A stretch of DNA of 43,842 nt from Folioceros fuciformis (Eukaryota), in contig JBNGIO010004854.1 in the NCBI GenBank assembly GCA_049999805.1, forward strand, positions 1-43,842. The letters are read 5' to 3'. Of the stretch, positions 24,846 to 38,500 are shown piece by piece. Made by a program: the position numbers and the translations under genes. Positions within the stretch are counted from its first letter, which is position 1. Every line of letters starts with the position of its first letter. The notes under the pieces were generated by a model. It saw only the letters and a list, made by a program, of their open reading frames with translations, did not search any database and had not been told where the DNA came from.

Positions 24846-26875
24846 ATGGCCGCTTCTTCGTTTTATAGCGTTGCCCAGAAGATTTCGGACGCGACTGGTG
24901 TTCCCTTTGTGTCCGAGGAGCATGAGGATGACTTTGAGCAGATGCCTGGTTCCGGTGTCTCATCCGGCACCGGTACCGGTTCCGGTGTGTGATCTCACTT
25001 GCATTTTCTGGCGATGAAAGGTCCAGCATTCCGTGAAGCTTGGGTCCGGTACCGCAGGGGATGGGGAGAAGGATCGTAGCTTGGAGCAAAAGTTTTTGAT
25101 CCGGTTGGCGCTGGCTTTGGTGAGCTATGGGAGTTCCGCTCCAAGAACTGAGTACCTGGTGGAGAAGGCTGCCGACAAGTTGGAGACAAAGGCCCATGTG
25201 GCCGTGTTTTCATCTCTCGTGCTGCTCGTGTTTCCCATAAGCAATCATAACAAGTATGGAAGCCGGAGATGAAATGATGATGAGGCTGTATAAAGGCGTG
25301 CGTGCTCGTAAGTCTCTGTGACTGACTGGGTGTGCTTGGCTTGACGATAGTAGATCTGACACTGTGATGACCACAGTGTCGAGAAGTGTGAATGTGGACA
25401 AGCTACAGAAAATCGATGAACTGGCCAACATGGTTGGACATAAGGGAATGAACGTTTCTGCAGCAGATTGCCGACTAAGAGCAATCGCAACTTCTCCCGG
25501 GTACTTTACCAGCCGCAAGAGCCAATTGCTGTCATATGGACTCTCCTCCTTCATCTCCGCCCCTCTTTTCTTCTCAGGTCTGTTGTTGTTTTTCTCCTCC
25601 TTTACTTGCCGCACGGTCTCACTCGATCATGATCATGTTGACAAGGATGAGCCTGATAGCTACATGCTGGGCAGGGTCATTGCAGGATGCCTTCATCTCC
25701 ATGCTTCTCGGACTGGGCGTTGGGGCGCTTGCAAAACTAGCAGAGAACACCCGTGTTTTCAGACACATGCTGGAGTTCATATCGGCCTTAATGGTCGCCA
25801 TTGTAGCCAGACTTTGCTGTGTCTATCTACAAGACTCCAAGCTGTGTTTTTTCGCGATAAGCTTGTCCTCTTTGGTGTGGCTCCTCCCAGGTATGCAACA
25901 CTCGAGGCTATCAGTTTGCTTGATTCATGTAACAAGTGTCGACCATTGCTCCGGTGGATAAGAGCCTCACCTCTACTTCATGAGGGAGGGCAGGTGAATT
26001 GCTGACGGTTGGCATCAGTGAAGTTGTGGAAGAGTCTCCCATCACGGGAACTGGCAGAATCATGCGTGGCTTGGTTATCACCTTGCAACTGGGGTTTGGA
26101 CTGGCAATTGGACAGGACTTGGTATGGTGGGCAGATACGCCAGTGGACAAAAATTGTGAAGTACCGGACATGTCTCCTTGGTGGGACGTCATATGGTAAC
26201 GCACGCTTTTCCCACCCCATATCATGTGACTCGGCCTCGAACTTGGGCACCTGCTCATCACTCCTGTGATCACCAGGTTCATCGGCTTTTCGATTGCTGC
26301 CAACGTGCTGTTGAAGGGAAGGTACGGGCAGTGGTTAGGGATGACATCAGCTGCCGGAATCGGCATTCTCCTAGACAAAGCCTGCAGCACTGTTCTGCGA
26401 CCAGAGGCTTCTGCCGCAATCGCTTCAATTGGGATAGGCGTCACAGGTAATACCAGCCCTTTTCCTGCGTACACCCAGTCCGAGTGATTTGCAACAGACA
26501 GAGACGATGAGCCAGGATTCTCCCGCTGTCTCAGGTGGGATCTTAGCTCAAGTTACGAGCGATATCCCGTTGAGCATGATCTTGGCTGGAGTTCAAGTAC
26601 TGCTTCCAGGAGGTATAGGAGTGCAGGGAGTGACCGTCCTCCTCAGCGGTGGTGATGTGGTTTCTGGAATGTCGTTCGTCATGAACACGGTGGTGATCTG
26701 TCTCTCCATCACAATCGGCTTACTAGTATCCAAGATTGCGATGCACGACGGGATCCTGGGAGTAACCAAGGCTCTCGGGCACAATTCCAAGACAATTGAG
26801 GAAGAGCTGCGCAGAGAAGCTGAAAACTCTGTCAGAGACGACGAGGCAGAGGAAGACACAAGAGTGGCCATTTAG
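24846..26875 (+). CDS. ThrE/Prm10-family (threonine/serine exporter-like) multi-pass membrane protein, about 7 exons
   Basis: FLIRLALALVSYGSSAPRTE, VNVDKLQKIDEL, RLRAIATSP, LVWLLPG..LTVGISEV....ITGTGR (ThrE domain) and LLPGGIGVQG..ITIGLLVS (ThrE_2-like); GT-AG introns in consistent phase; start ATG at 24846 inferred. Confidence 0.85.
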
Positions 26876-27335
26876 AGAACTGGACGAGGCAGTCTAGGCA
26901 GTTCTGTTCTGTCCCAAATTGTGGGCATTGTGCTCCATTGCTGCCAGTCTGAGCTACATTCCTACACAGGTACTGGAGAGAACGTCACGAGCCTAACATC
27001 TGATGCAGTAGACTCAACAGCTTCACCTTCACGCGCTTGCAATGAAGAGCGTTAGCCGGAAATCATTTTGCCAAACCCCGCATCCACGCGTCCCAACTGC
27101 TGCAGGCTATTCATTCATGTGCAAGCAACCAACGAACTGATGGCAAACGACGGCAAAGTAACGGCAGCGTTCGTATCAATGCCGTCCATGGGCATTACGC
27201 CTTTCTCTGAATTCGCCGTGGGCTGTTCGTGGTATTCGAAGCAACCATGTCAAGAATGCCTGCATCCTACTGACGACATGACCATGGAGGGATAAAATTA
27301 TGTGTTTCGTGACACACGGACTGTCCACTAGAGTG

Positions 27336-30300
27336 TTAGGGGATGTCCTGGTCGGAAGAGCTTGCAAAGCCTGGCTCCGAGCTAACAGGGATCCCGACAC
27401 TCGAATTACTGCCTGTGCTCTCTGGAGGTTCAACTTTGTCTTTCTTCTGCCTCCTACGCTGGTCCAGCCCCTGATGCCTCGACATTGTGGAGACCATGAG
27501 GAGGTAAGCACTGACCACCAGCGTCCAGACAGCCACCTTCCAGTAGCTGACATGCACAAGGATGCTGATATGCTCCAGGAACCTAGATCGTGCCTCGAAG
27601 GAGGAGTTGTTTTGGTACTTGCCACCCATTTCAAGCAAGGGATCAGGATCGGCGGGTGGAGACCATGTTCTCTTGCTACTTGCCACAGGTGTATCACGAT
27701 GCTCTTCGTACGAGCTCTCTTTTTCCTGTTCAGTTTCTCCATCGAGATCTTCTTGCTCTTCCTCGTTAGTGCGGTCTTGGTCTCCCCCACCAGAATCAGA
27801 AGATAGATCTCCATGTTCTGCTGCTTCTATCTGGTCTATAGTGGGTTTTTCCTCAGCATCCTGGTCGTCTTGGTCCTCCGGACATCCTCTGTTCTTGTGG
27901 TGCAAGTATAGGGCGTCGTTGAGAGTATTTACACATTCGATACATATGCTGTCCCTTCGGAATTCATCCTCATTTATTCTGTTCAAAGTAGAGACGTCGG
28001 GAGGTTCAGGGAAGAACTGCCAGCAGATGTTTGTCATGTCCTTCGTCCGCCACTCAACCTTGTCAAATGACCAGTTGCCAATGTTCCACTCCAACCCGTA
28101 GTGGAGCACATGGGGTTCTACATCAGGACTAGGAACGTAGCCTGGATATAGCATGATGTCTTGGTTGATGATGTGCTTCAGTTTCATCTGCAAGCGAGAA
28201 ACAGAAGATCATGCAACCAAACAAAAGGAAGGACACCTGATGCAGCTGACACCGTGTTGTGCGTAAATGCTCCTCACCTCTGCAGCACCGAAGACATAAC
28301 CGTACATTTCACTGATCCAACCTTCCCCATAAACGTCCCCAGTAAAGTTTGTGCTCCAGTGTGCCCCGTCGGCACGAACCTCCTCGGTCTTGTGAAGCCA
28401 GAGTGGGGCGAATTTCCGGAGATCATCAATGTGCATCACGATGACCCCACCCACTTTCTGGCATGCCTTTGGATATCTTGTATGAAGTATCGCCAGTTCG
28501 TTGTCACATCCGATGAGATAACTGCGACCACCAGCATGAGCAAGCAAGACCACGAGCATGAATTGCACTCCACCGTCAATGCAAGTGACCACTGCAGGGA
28601 TAAATAGAGCTGAGAGATCTTACTCATATGGAGCTGAGACAGGGTGGCCAGGTGCGGCACCCAATTCCCATGGTGTTATCGGCCTACGGAGAATCATGTC
28701 AGCATCGAGAATCACAATGTACTCAGCATCCGTGTCGAAGTGATTAAGCCAATGAACGACAGCAGCAGGCTTATTGATCGCAGGATACCTGCAGCAGGAA
28801 GAGAACAGAGTTAAGGCACGAAGGGTGGAGGTGTTGCATACAGGAGGCAAGGAGATCAATGCAAAGCCTACACCTAAAGATTACCAGTCGCCGGTTAGTG
28901 GGTGCTTGCTCATGGACGGAACAACATGTGTGGTCGCGAGGTCCATACCCTTGTACGTCTTGAGATCCTCCTCCGTGCAGCTAAGCAACCGTGTGAGTGG
29001 TCCAGGTTGCCTACTCAGAGTAAAGCTGTGCACCATTCCTACCGTCTGCCAGTCAAAGTACGTTGAGCACTCGACAGAAAACAACGTGTGCATCTTGGGA
29101 CGAGGAACAGTGGCAGCGGGTTTCTTGTCATGTTTCATATCCGACTTAGCACCATTCGTCTCATTGTTCTGAGTTGTGGATGGAAGCCGCCGAACTTCTG
29201 CTGCAAGTCGGCCCTCACCGTCACCCGCATCCTTCATGCCTCCAGCTTGGGCCAACTGGAGATCTCGTACCTCGGTTGCAAACACTGAACTTTTCTGTAA
29301 CAGTCCCTCTGCCAGAAACGTCAGATAGGCAGACTTTTTGGGTCTGGGACAACCACGACGTCTGTGTGCAAGGATCAATCCTTCGTTGATGGTGTTGACA
29401 CACTCAACGCTGAGAAGCAAAGCCCGGCGTTTTCTGACATCTGACTCCATGGCAGTCACCTGCGCAAGTTGTTGCAACCAAAGTCATCGAGAGATTGTTT
29501 GACACTTGTGTTGACACATCCAATAAGCAAACTGCAACACACTCTCACCTGCTCAGGGAAGGGCGGAGGAGAAAATAAACGGTTACAGTCGTAGACAATG
29601 TCGTCTTCATGGTGTTCTAGTTTGCCGAAATGCCACTTCCCCACGTCAAACCTCAAGCCATAGTGGAGCAGTTGAGGTTCCACTCCATCCGTAGGAGTGT
29701 ACCCAGGATATATCATCAACGTATCATTGACCTTGTGACGAAGCCCAACCTGGTGACATGGTAGGTTAGAACCAGCATTCCCACATATCTGACACTGGTA
29801 CGTTAGCCTGCAATTGCACAAAGAAAGTCCAACATTAACAGCTTTGCAAACTCAGCTCAAGCAATGGAACAAATCAGAAGAACACGCAGCATACCTCTGC
29901 AGCGCCAAAGGAGTAGCCATACATTTCACTGATCCACCCTTTTTCGTATATGTCTCCAGTAATGTTCGTTCGCCAATGAACTTTGTCAACACGAACCTCT
30001 TGTGTCTTGGACAGCCAAAGTGGGGCCATTTTCTTCAGATCAGAAACATGCATCATGATAAACCCACCCACTTTGTCACACAATTCTGGATGCTTGGTAT
30101 GCAACGTCGCCAGTTCATTGTCACAGCCTATGAGGTACCTGCGTCATCACACACCCTTCGTGAGCATCAACACTACTGTTGCACAAATTTGCCAGCTTGA
30201 ACACACTTCCAAGTTGGTCAAGTCTTGACACACCCATAAGATGCTGATGCAGGTCTACCAATCTCAGCACCAACTTCCCAGGGAAGTATGGGCGCCCTTA

Positions 30301-30825
30301 CAACCATATCGGCATCCAGTATAAGCACCCAATCCACATTTTCTGCATCTGGGCTGTGATTCAACCAGTGAACAACCCCTGCTGGCTTGTTGATTGCTGG
30401 ATACCTGTAGAGAGGCCAAAACCCACAAATCGCTCAAAACCCTGTGCGTGGACACCAGCCATTTCAGGAGAAGAGCCAAGATGCAGGATATCCCACCAAT
30501 CTTTTGTGACAGGATCCAGACTCATGGACGGGACAACAACCGTCGGTGCCAGATCCATGCCCATGTAGGTTACCAGCTCGTCGTAGGTACAGCTGAGCAG
30601 GCGGGTGACGGGCCCCGGGTGCCCACTCTTCCTCAAACTGTGCATCAGACCCACAGTCTGCCAGTCGAAGTACATCTGGCACTCGGTGGAGAAGAGAGTG
30701 TGCATTCTCCATGGGCTGTTTGGTGAGGGAACGAAGGGGGGTTCATGACTCCCCTGGCACAGAGAGCTGATTACAAGACAAACGACGAGACATCCGAGAC
30801 CGGCTGCTCGCATGTGCTTTGACAT
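27336..30825 (-). CDS. SERGT1: Peptidyl serine alpha-galactosyltransferase (SERGT1/SGT1, GT96) with two tandem catalytic-type domains, a signal peptide and a C-terminal TM
   Basis: Two copies of MHTLFS.EC..YFDWQTVG..HS, GP.TRLLSCT, GMDLA, DWYPAINKP, ILDADM, YLIGCDN, GWISEMYGY.FGAAE and LHYGL; hydrophobic N-terminus; C-terminal TM followed by a basic tail. Confidence 0.93.
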
Positions 30826-32503
30826 GTCGTCGTGGATCAAGAACACGGAGGTAGGAATTGGGCAAGCAATCCTAGCTTCCTCCACCACGAACCTGCACGG
30901 CAGCCTCACACGCATTCAAGGCCATCCGGCCAGAGCCCAGCAGCTGATCTCTACGTGAGACCTTTCCAAGGTGTGCACACTGCCATTCCCTGCCCATCGG
31001 GAAGGAAGCTTGGAGGAATTGGGACGTGGGACGTGGGATGCATCAGGAGCGGGATTCCACCATCCTCACCGCCTGCGTCCTTCGCTGGGTCTGTGGCAGC
31101 TGCAGGCTGCGATGCCGGCACATGCCTGCATTTCCGAATGACAGCCCGAGTCTATCGGTAAAACCTTGCAAGCAACCAACGGTTCATTCAATTTCTTCGC
31201 AGAAAATGGGGCGGAGTGCATGCTTTTCCGTGTAGCACAGACTTCGAGGAAAGAAACAGCGAGGCTGTATGTCACGAAGGTATATATCAGGCATTCCGGC
31301 TGGAACTGGGAGTCGGATAAGGTGTGCTGGACACTCAGTGCGGGGGAGAAAGTGCACCCCTTTTCACATGGGAAGGAAAACCAATGGAAGCTGCCGAATG
31401 AGGCAAGTATGAGCCATTTTTTACACACTGGGGGTACATGTACCCAATACATAAGTATATCGAGGGAAGACACTTGTCACATGTCCTTCTCTGGTTTCAT
31501 CATGATACATGTCACAAAATTGAAAGCACCTTCGCACACAAATCGCATTATTCGTCCTGACAGACAAGAACACACCCACCCTCCTGTCAGCTTTCCTTCT
31601 TGCACTTGCCCTTCCACTCTCACTCACTTCTCACTACCCTGCCCCCTATGTGAAAGGGGACATACGTGTCTCCCTCCATAGAAACAGCACATACTGCATG
31701 TGAGTGGCTTTTTTAGACAGGTTACCTTCAAGTTACGACGTGATGATCACTACAGTGATCTGTTGTGTGCCGAGTCCCATCCCCTGACAACCCACACAGG
31801 GTGGAGTTAGTTAACCTTTGCTCTGCGAACGGAACAGCCTTCCCTCCCGGAGAGTCCCTCAGGACCGCAACAGCTACAAAACAGGAATCTCAGGTGTTGT
31901 GACGGGATACAAGCCCGAGCCCTGGGGGGGGTGGGCAGGGGGGTCGGCACCAAGTTCGAATCTCCTGATTCATATGACATGAGCGTACCAGACAGGACCT
32001 ACACACACACACGACGGCACGTCAGTGCAACTTCACAAGGCCCCGGTGAGCCTCTGCTTATCTTACGTGCGAGACCTTGCATACCCTGAGGGCCTCACGA
32101 AAAAGAGAACGGAATAACTGGTTATCAACTCAACATATGACCTTCAACCTATAGTGGTAGGTTTACCTGGCTTCCCGTGTAGAAAAACGCTTGCGGGCAG
32201 GAGCATAACTTCGGCTGTTGGGAAAAGAACAACTGCCCAGAAATGTCAAAGTCAGCATTTTATGCGGGGGGTACAATTACAGTTTGACTGGTTGAATGGT
32301 CCTATACGCAGGTATACGGACATAGCTGGACTTCTATTGATACTGGATTCCTTTCCAGGACACACAAGCAGTGCCAAATATGTTCCATCCGAAGGACATG
32401 TGTAATCACCTCAATATAATCCCACAGTAGGGACACACCCAAATTATCCACCTGAAGATGTGTGCCCAGAAACGCAGGAGCATTTGGCTAGGCTTCTACC
32501 TGC

Positions 32504-35500
32504 TCAAACATCTCCCAGAGCAGTCTCAGTGATCGAGCCGGTGGAACCGTGATCACGTGCCTGCCTGGACAACTCCGAAGTGACATGACCAGGGGCATCT
32601 TTTGCGCTGAGCGCCTCAGCTACGTCAGGAGCTCCTGCAAGATTTCAAGCCAAAGGGCCAGAGAATATTTCAAGCTAACTCAGATTTGAGGAACCTACGC
32701 ATGACAGCACGGCTATTATCAGCAAATCCTACAAAAACATTTGCCATTGAGGTATCACACCGCAAGTTCACTTGTGCCAATAGAAGCTGACAAGCTTACT
32801 GTCAAACACACTTGAGTCTTACGCACCTGGTGTCCCAGATAGCACACCTGATACTGCAGATCCTCTCTTGGATCGCCCCTGACCAATGGAAAACGGCAAC
32901 TCATGAGAAAATTGCACTCAGGGATACACCAAAGGATAACCAAAAAAAGGGCATCACGAGCAAGGAAAACTATGGACACTATGATTACTACCGACCTTGG
33001 CCTGATCGTCACAATACTTGACTACATCAGCCATACTGCACGGTTGTCCATGAACGAGAGTAAACGCCCACAACAACAGCTTCCTAGGAGCACTCACATC
33101 AACACGTTCACCCGCTTGGGATGCTCTAGCAGCATGTGCATTAGATGGAGGATAACCAAAACCCGATAATAATTCTGGACACCCCTTGATGAACATATTG
33201 ACACCCTCTGGCATGGACTGCAAAGCACTTTCACGGTGAAAGGTATATGCAGACTTGAGAAGGGTTGTTGCCTTGTCCAAGTCTTCAGGAGCAACCTTAG
33301 TGACATGTATATTCCTCATCCATGAGGGAAACGATGAAGCAGCCATGGCAGGCGCACCACGTTCAAGATTAGCATCATCATCTACCACTGCATAGCCATG
33401 ACCTGCCGGTTTCAGATCTACCGCAGCGTCTGGCAACAGATCAACAATCAAACGTGGCTCTGAAAGTTCAGTATGAGGATTTTCTGGGCAAAGTGGGGTC
33501 AAGGCAGACAAGGCTCTGAAAAGGGCTCGACACCAGGAGAGAGCTGCAGTAGTGCAGACATGCACACACAGGGGTCCAACTAACTTAGGACATTTGAACC
33601 TCTTCCTCAGCTTCTCATTCACTGCTTCGAGTCCATCCACATTATTGCTACTTTCCAAGTGAGCGAGATACTCGATTACGTAGCCACTGCAAACATTCAA
33701 AACAGTGCGCGTTAGGAGCCACAACCTGTAAAACTGAGTTCATGTACAATAGCCATCATGACATATCAGCGGAAGCCTGATGGCAATGAGAGTTAGAAAT
33801 CTGAACGTGGGATAGGCAGGAAACCCTTGACCCGAGGGGATATTTTATCAGCAGTCCATTTCTCACAACTTATACTCAACGTTCTCAAATGCTCCAAGGT
33901 GCAACGCAGCATTCCAGTCAGAAAGCGGACAGGATTCAGAAAATATACCAACCTGTAAATTGAACCATCTGAGACTTGCACTCTTGCATCCCCAGTACTC
34001 TTATCCGACCACCATGAGCTCCCATGGTCCAGGCAAACATTGAACATCTTGTCCAACAATGATTGAAAAGCTATTCCACCTGCAGCTTTCGTCCTGCCAA
34101 TGTTAATAGCTGTAGCTAAGGTTCTTATGTAGTGCCCCAACGCCACATAACAGATATCTTCCAAGCAGATAGAAAACTGCCATGAAAGATATGAATCAGA
34201 AACCAACCTGAGGACTCAGAATATGCCACCAACAAGGTTGATTTAAGAAATAAGGGAGAGCTTGAGAATTAATTTCAAGAAAAAGCAGACCTTCTTGTCG
34301 GCTCGAAGAGTAATGTATGCCCGCTCCAGTGTGCTTACATCTCCTGTGCTTTCGCAAAGAGTGAGATAAAACAACAAATACTTCCGCACACAGGTGATGA
34401 ACTTCCGTGAGCTCTCAGCGATGGCAAACTCCAACACAACCTTTCCACCATTGGAAGCAGCACCCTTTCTCCTGCACAAGGACAGGTCGTTAACAGGCTT
34501 CTTCTTCTTCTTGCCACTAGTCAATCTAGAACTTGACTTCTTCCTGCACAAAGATGAGTTCATTAACATTCTTATTTGGGTAAGGAGTTTGTTAAGAGAT
34601 GGCCATTATCACTTCTTCGCAAGTTAATTCTTGAAGGATCAAACAAGCAACAGACGCGCAACAAACGATCTCCACTTCAAGGGCGACCGACCACGAGTGG
34701 CAACACTCCGTGCCCAAATTGAAGGCCCGAAAAGGGATTCCAATCACCTTGCCGAACGGATCACACTTACCCACAGCTCACATCCCATTTCCAACTTCCA
34801 TAGACCTCTAGCTCATAGACCAACACAAAAGCACTACATAACTTCCCCACAATTACAACGGACCTAAAAGCTGCAACTTTCAAGTGCCAGCCACGGTGCA
34901 CAATTGAAGCTTTCCAGGGCCGTGCCGGCCGCACAAGACCCAGTGCTTCAATGACCCGACCCCAACGCCATGCGAAGGTGAATGGGTGGTGACTGTGAGT
35001 ACATGTGATCCCTTAGGCACAGCGATTGAGATCGCTTTTGCTAAACACCGCCCCGATGTCTCCACCTGGATTCAAGGAGCAGGACTGGCGACGCTATTGC
35101 CAGAAGACCTAAACAATGGGCGGTCCCAAAGCGAAAGTATACACACCAGCTTCACCTTCCTAACCACAATCAAAGTCAGTCAGCAAGAAAGATCACACAT
35201 AACTACGACTCTACGTCGGTAAAGCAGAAGCCCTCTGGGCACACAGGAGGCAGTGTGCTTCCGTAGGTCGGTAAGGAGCGTCCTACAACAAGGCATCGCT
35301 CCCGAGAGCCCATGTCCCCCAAGTTCCGCTCCACCCTCACATGCAGGCAAAACACACATACACACATCGGACGTGCCTCGTCACCAGCAGGGACAACCAA
35401 GTACCAGCTCGCGAATTTCGCCGGCCGGGCTTGACGTCCATATTCAAGCCATGGACGACGAACACGTCCCCGAGAGACCGGCGAAAGGGTTCCGCCATCC

Positions 35501-38500
35501 TTCTTGGTCACCGATTGCTCGGAACGGGACGAGATAATTGTGCCGAGGAGTAGCCTAGATTAGAGCCGGCCAACTGACCAGACTGGTTACTTAACTGCAG
35601 TCATGGGGTTAACTACTCAGCGTTTAGCTCATCTCATGCCGTCCGGACTCTCGGGACGGGACGCAGCATCTATGTAAGGCTGGTGAGAGCGTGCTGTGTT
35701 GCGGGCTGAGGACGAAAAATGACGATGATTTCAAATCAAGACGTCACCAGAGAGAGGAGGCGGGGGAGTTGTGCTTACTTGTTTTTCCGGGATGAGTCGT
35801 CAATTTCCCACATATAGATGATGAAGGGTGAACGGTGCGACTTAAAGCAGAAGGAAATCTCCTCTTTGGCTCGCTCGATGTCTTCCTCCCTGCCCAAATG
35901 GTAGAATCCCTTGGCTATCCGGTAACGAGCTTTGTGATAGTGCTTCAGGTCCCCTTCAATGCACATCTGCAGAGCTGCCATGCAGTCATCAAACAGCACC
36001 TTCCAAGCCTTGCCCAGGTTCTCCTCTGACACAGCATTGCTTGAGCCATGGGAACCCAGGTACTTCGCCACCTTCTCTTTTGTGACGGCCAAATATGAGT
36101 ATTGAGCTAAAACCTGTCACACGAGAGGAGCATTAAGGACACGACCAGCAAGAGAGGAGCAGAGAGAAGCATCGCAGAAGCGTACTTTGTGGCACACCTG
36201 AAGGCATCCAATGTCATCGAGCTGTTTTTTGCAAAGGAGTTTGATCCGCGAAGCATGTAACCTGTAAAACGTGTCTACAGCACTGGGATTCATTTTCACC
36301 GCCTTGGCATAGTGGGCAAGCCACTCTGTGTAAGGCCTCCCCATCTTCTCGGCAAGCTTTCCCTGGTAATGCGGATGTGTCCAATCAGGCCTGTGGTAGC
36401 AATCGACAGATGAGTAAAACTGCTGGCACCGTAAGGGTTAAAATCAGGGGACAAACAAATGGAAGTGCAGAGTTAGGGTGTACCAATCAGACCTGGAAGA
36501 CTGTGCCCTCTCGAACTGAATGTATGCCCTTTCGCATGCAGCAAGCCATGATGCATCCCTTGTGGGAACATTCTGCTGTTGATCATACGCCGGAGCGACA
36601 TTCTGGAGATTGTCATAATAAACCAGAGCTAGCAGTCCATGCACTTCACTCTGCCAAGCAACAAACCAAGGCGTTAAGTGGAAGACTGGAACTTCAGTAT
36701 TCTGCTAGACCTGTGAAACTCAATCTTGAAGCAATCCTTTATTGCAGAGAATTACTGGACTACTACTAGAGATTCGAGAACCAACCCGCAATTCTGGCGT
36801 GCTTGCTAGAGCTAGACTGACTAGGAAGCACCTGCGACTTCGTCTACGACTCGCCTCCACACGCCTTGCATAGTTGGGTTTTCGTCGCCACGAACATGCG
36901 TTGATTTTCTTGCTACCGTCATTAAGCACCAAGTCGACGTCCTGCAGTTCGAAATACAACAAACGTGAACTACAGGGTTGTATTGATCGGCATCAACTGC
37001 AGAGGTTGCTGAAAACAGAGAGGTCAGAGATGCTAAAGAGACTGAGAAACAAACCTCATCATATAAATGGGCAAGCCTGTGCCAGCTCTCAAACCGAGCT
37101 GGATTGTACATCAAATCGTACTTCACAAGATTTGCGTTTGAGAAGATGAACTGCTCTCCCTCTGTGGTCAGGATGAATCCAGGATACTTTTCTCCTGCAC
37201 TCATATCCTCAATCTGAGCAAGCAAATAGTATAGATTCTCATAAACCTCCGAATATGGATCAGGAGGTAAAACTGTGTCTTCACGAGATTTGTTGACCAG
37301 AGTTTCACCATTCTTCTCACTGCCGTGTGAAGCTTTTAAGCAAGAGGCTTCAACCTGAGGTATGGATGATGATGACGAGTACAGAGAAATATGCACCTCC
37401 GCTTCCCTTGCCTTGGAACCAACCTCATTTTGACCTAGATTATGGGGTGTGCTGCTAATCACATCCTCCTTCCCCAGCACCAGTTCCAAGATGTCTTCAA
37501 CACTTTCTCCAGACATAATCATTTCATAAAGCTTGCTCTCATCAAATGTTGGATCGTCTAAGAATAGATCAATCGGATTTCTCGACAGCACTTCATATGG
37601 AGGCTGTGGAAATTGTTCCCTAACAGCTCGCAAAACTTTCTTCAGCTTTTGAAGTCGATATCTCTGCAAAATCCAGATACAGTGTTTCAGTCCACCACAG
37701 ACTCACGTCTGTCAATCCTCACAAGCAGCACAAATGCTAAGGTAAGCAACCAATACATGTCGCCCTGTCAAGTCAGAACAGGGTGCACAGGAAACTTACT
37801 GAGCAGGAGTTCACGTAGGGCAAAATGTACTGAAGAACTCCTGCACACTGGTCCTTGGTCTGATAATCTCCTCTATTGGTGTTCTTGTGCTGCGCAATCC
37901 CTTCGGGGCTCGTTATGTCACCACCCCGCAAGTTCAGCCCGTAGAGGCAAAAGAAACTCTGATCAAGGGCACAATCAATGGCTGACTCCAGTCGTCTTTT
38001 TTCAGCCGAATTGAAGCCACTGCCATCAACCACTCTGCTAACTTCCACCGTAGCATGTGCTTTATCAGGCAAACTTGCTACATCGCTTACACCTTCACTG
38101 TCCACAACGAACTGATGCTCAGATGCAGCTGTCTCATCTAATTCATCCCATGTTCCTTTCTGATCCCTAGATCCTGTACTTTGTCCAGGTGTCTGCTTGC
38201 AGCTCATTCCTTTGATTCTCAGATCCAAAGCTCCAAGATGCTTGATAGCCATGTGTAAAAAGGTTCCCTCACCACCTTCACAATCTTCACCCGCACAGCA
38301 GAGCCCATGCTCAGCAAGAACATCATGGACTCTTACAAGCAGTGACACCTGCAGAGTAAACAGATTCCTGTCAAACAAAGACTGTAAGTGCTTCAACCAC
38401 ATTCTTCAGTCATTGAGGCGGTCATTACCTGTTGACTGATTGTGGCCTCAAGATCCAAGTACTTCAGCCTGCAGAACGCAACAGCGGCGTCTACAAGACA

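Noticed and set aside
31166-31681. 171-aa plus-strand ORF between SERGT1 and CABIN1
   Set aside because: Non-ATG start, no recognisable motif and no convincing exon structure
31915-31970. GTTCGAATC B-box-like motif after G-runs, as a possible tRNA or SINE
   Set aside because: No cloverleaf or properly spaced A-box could be built
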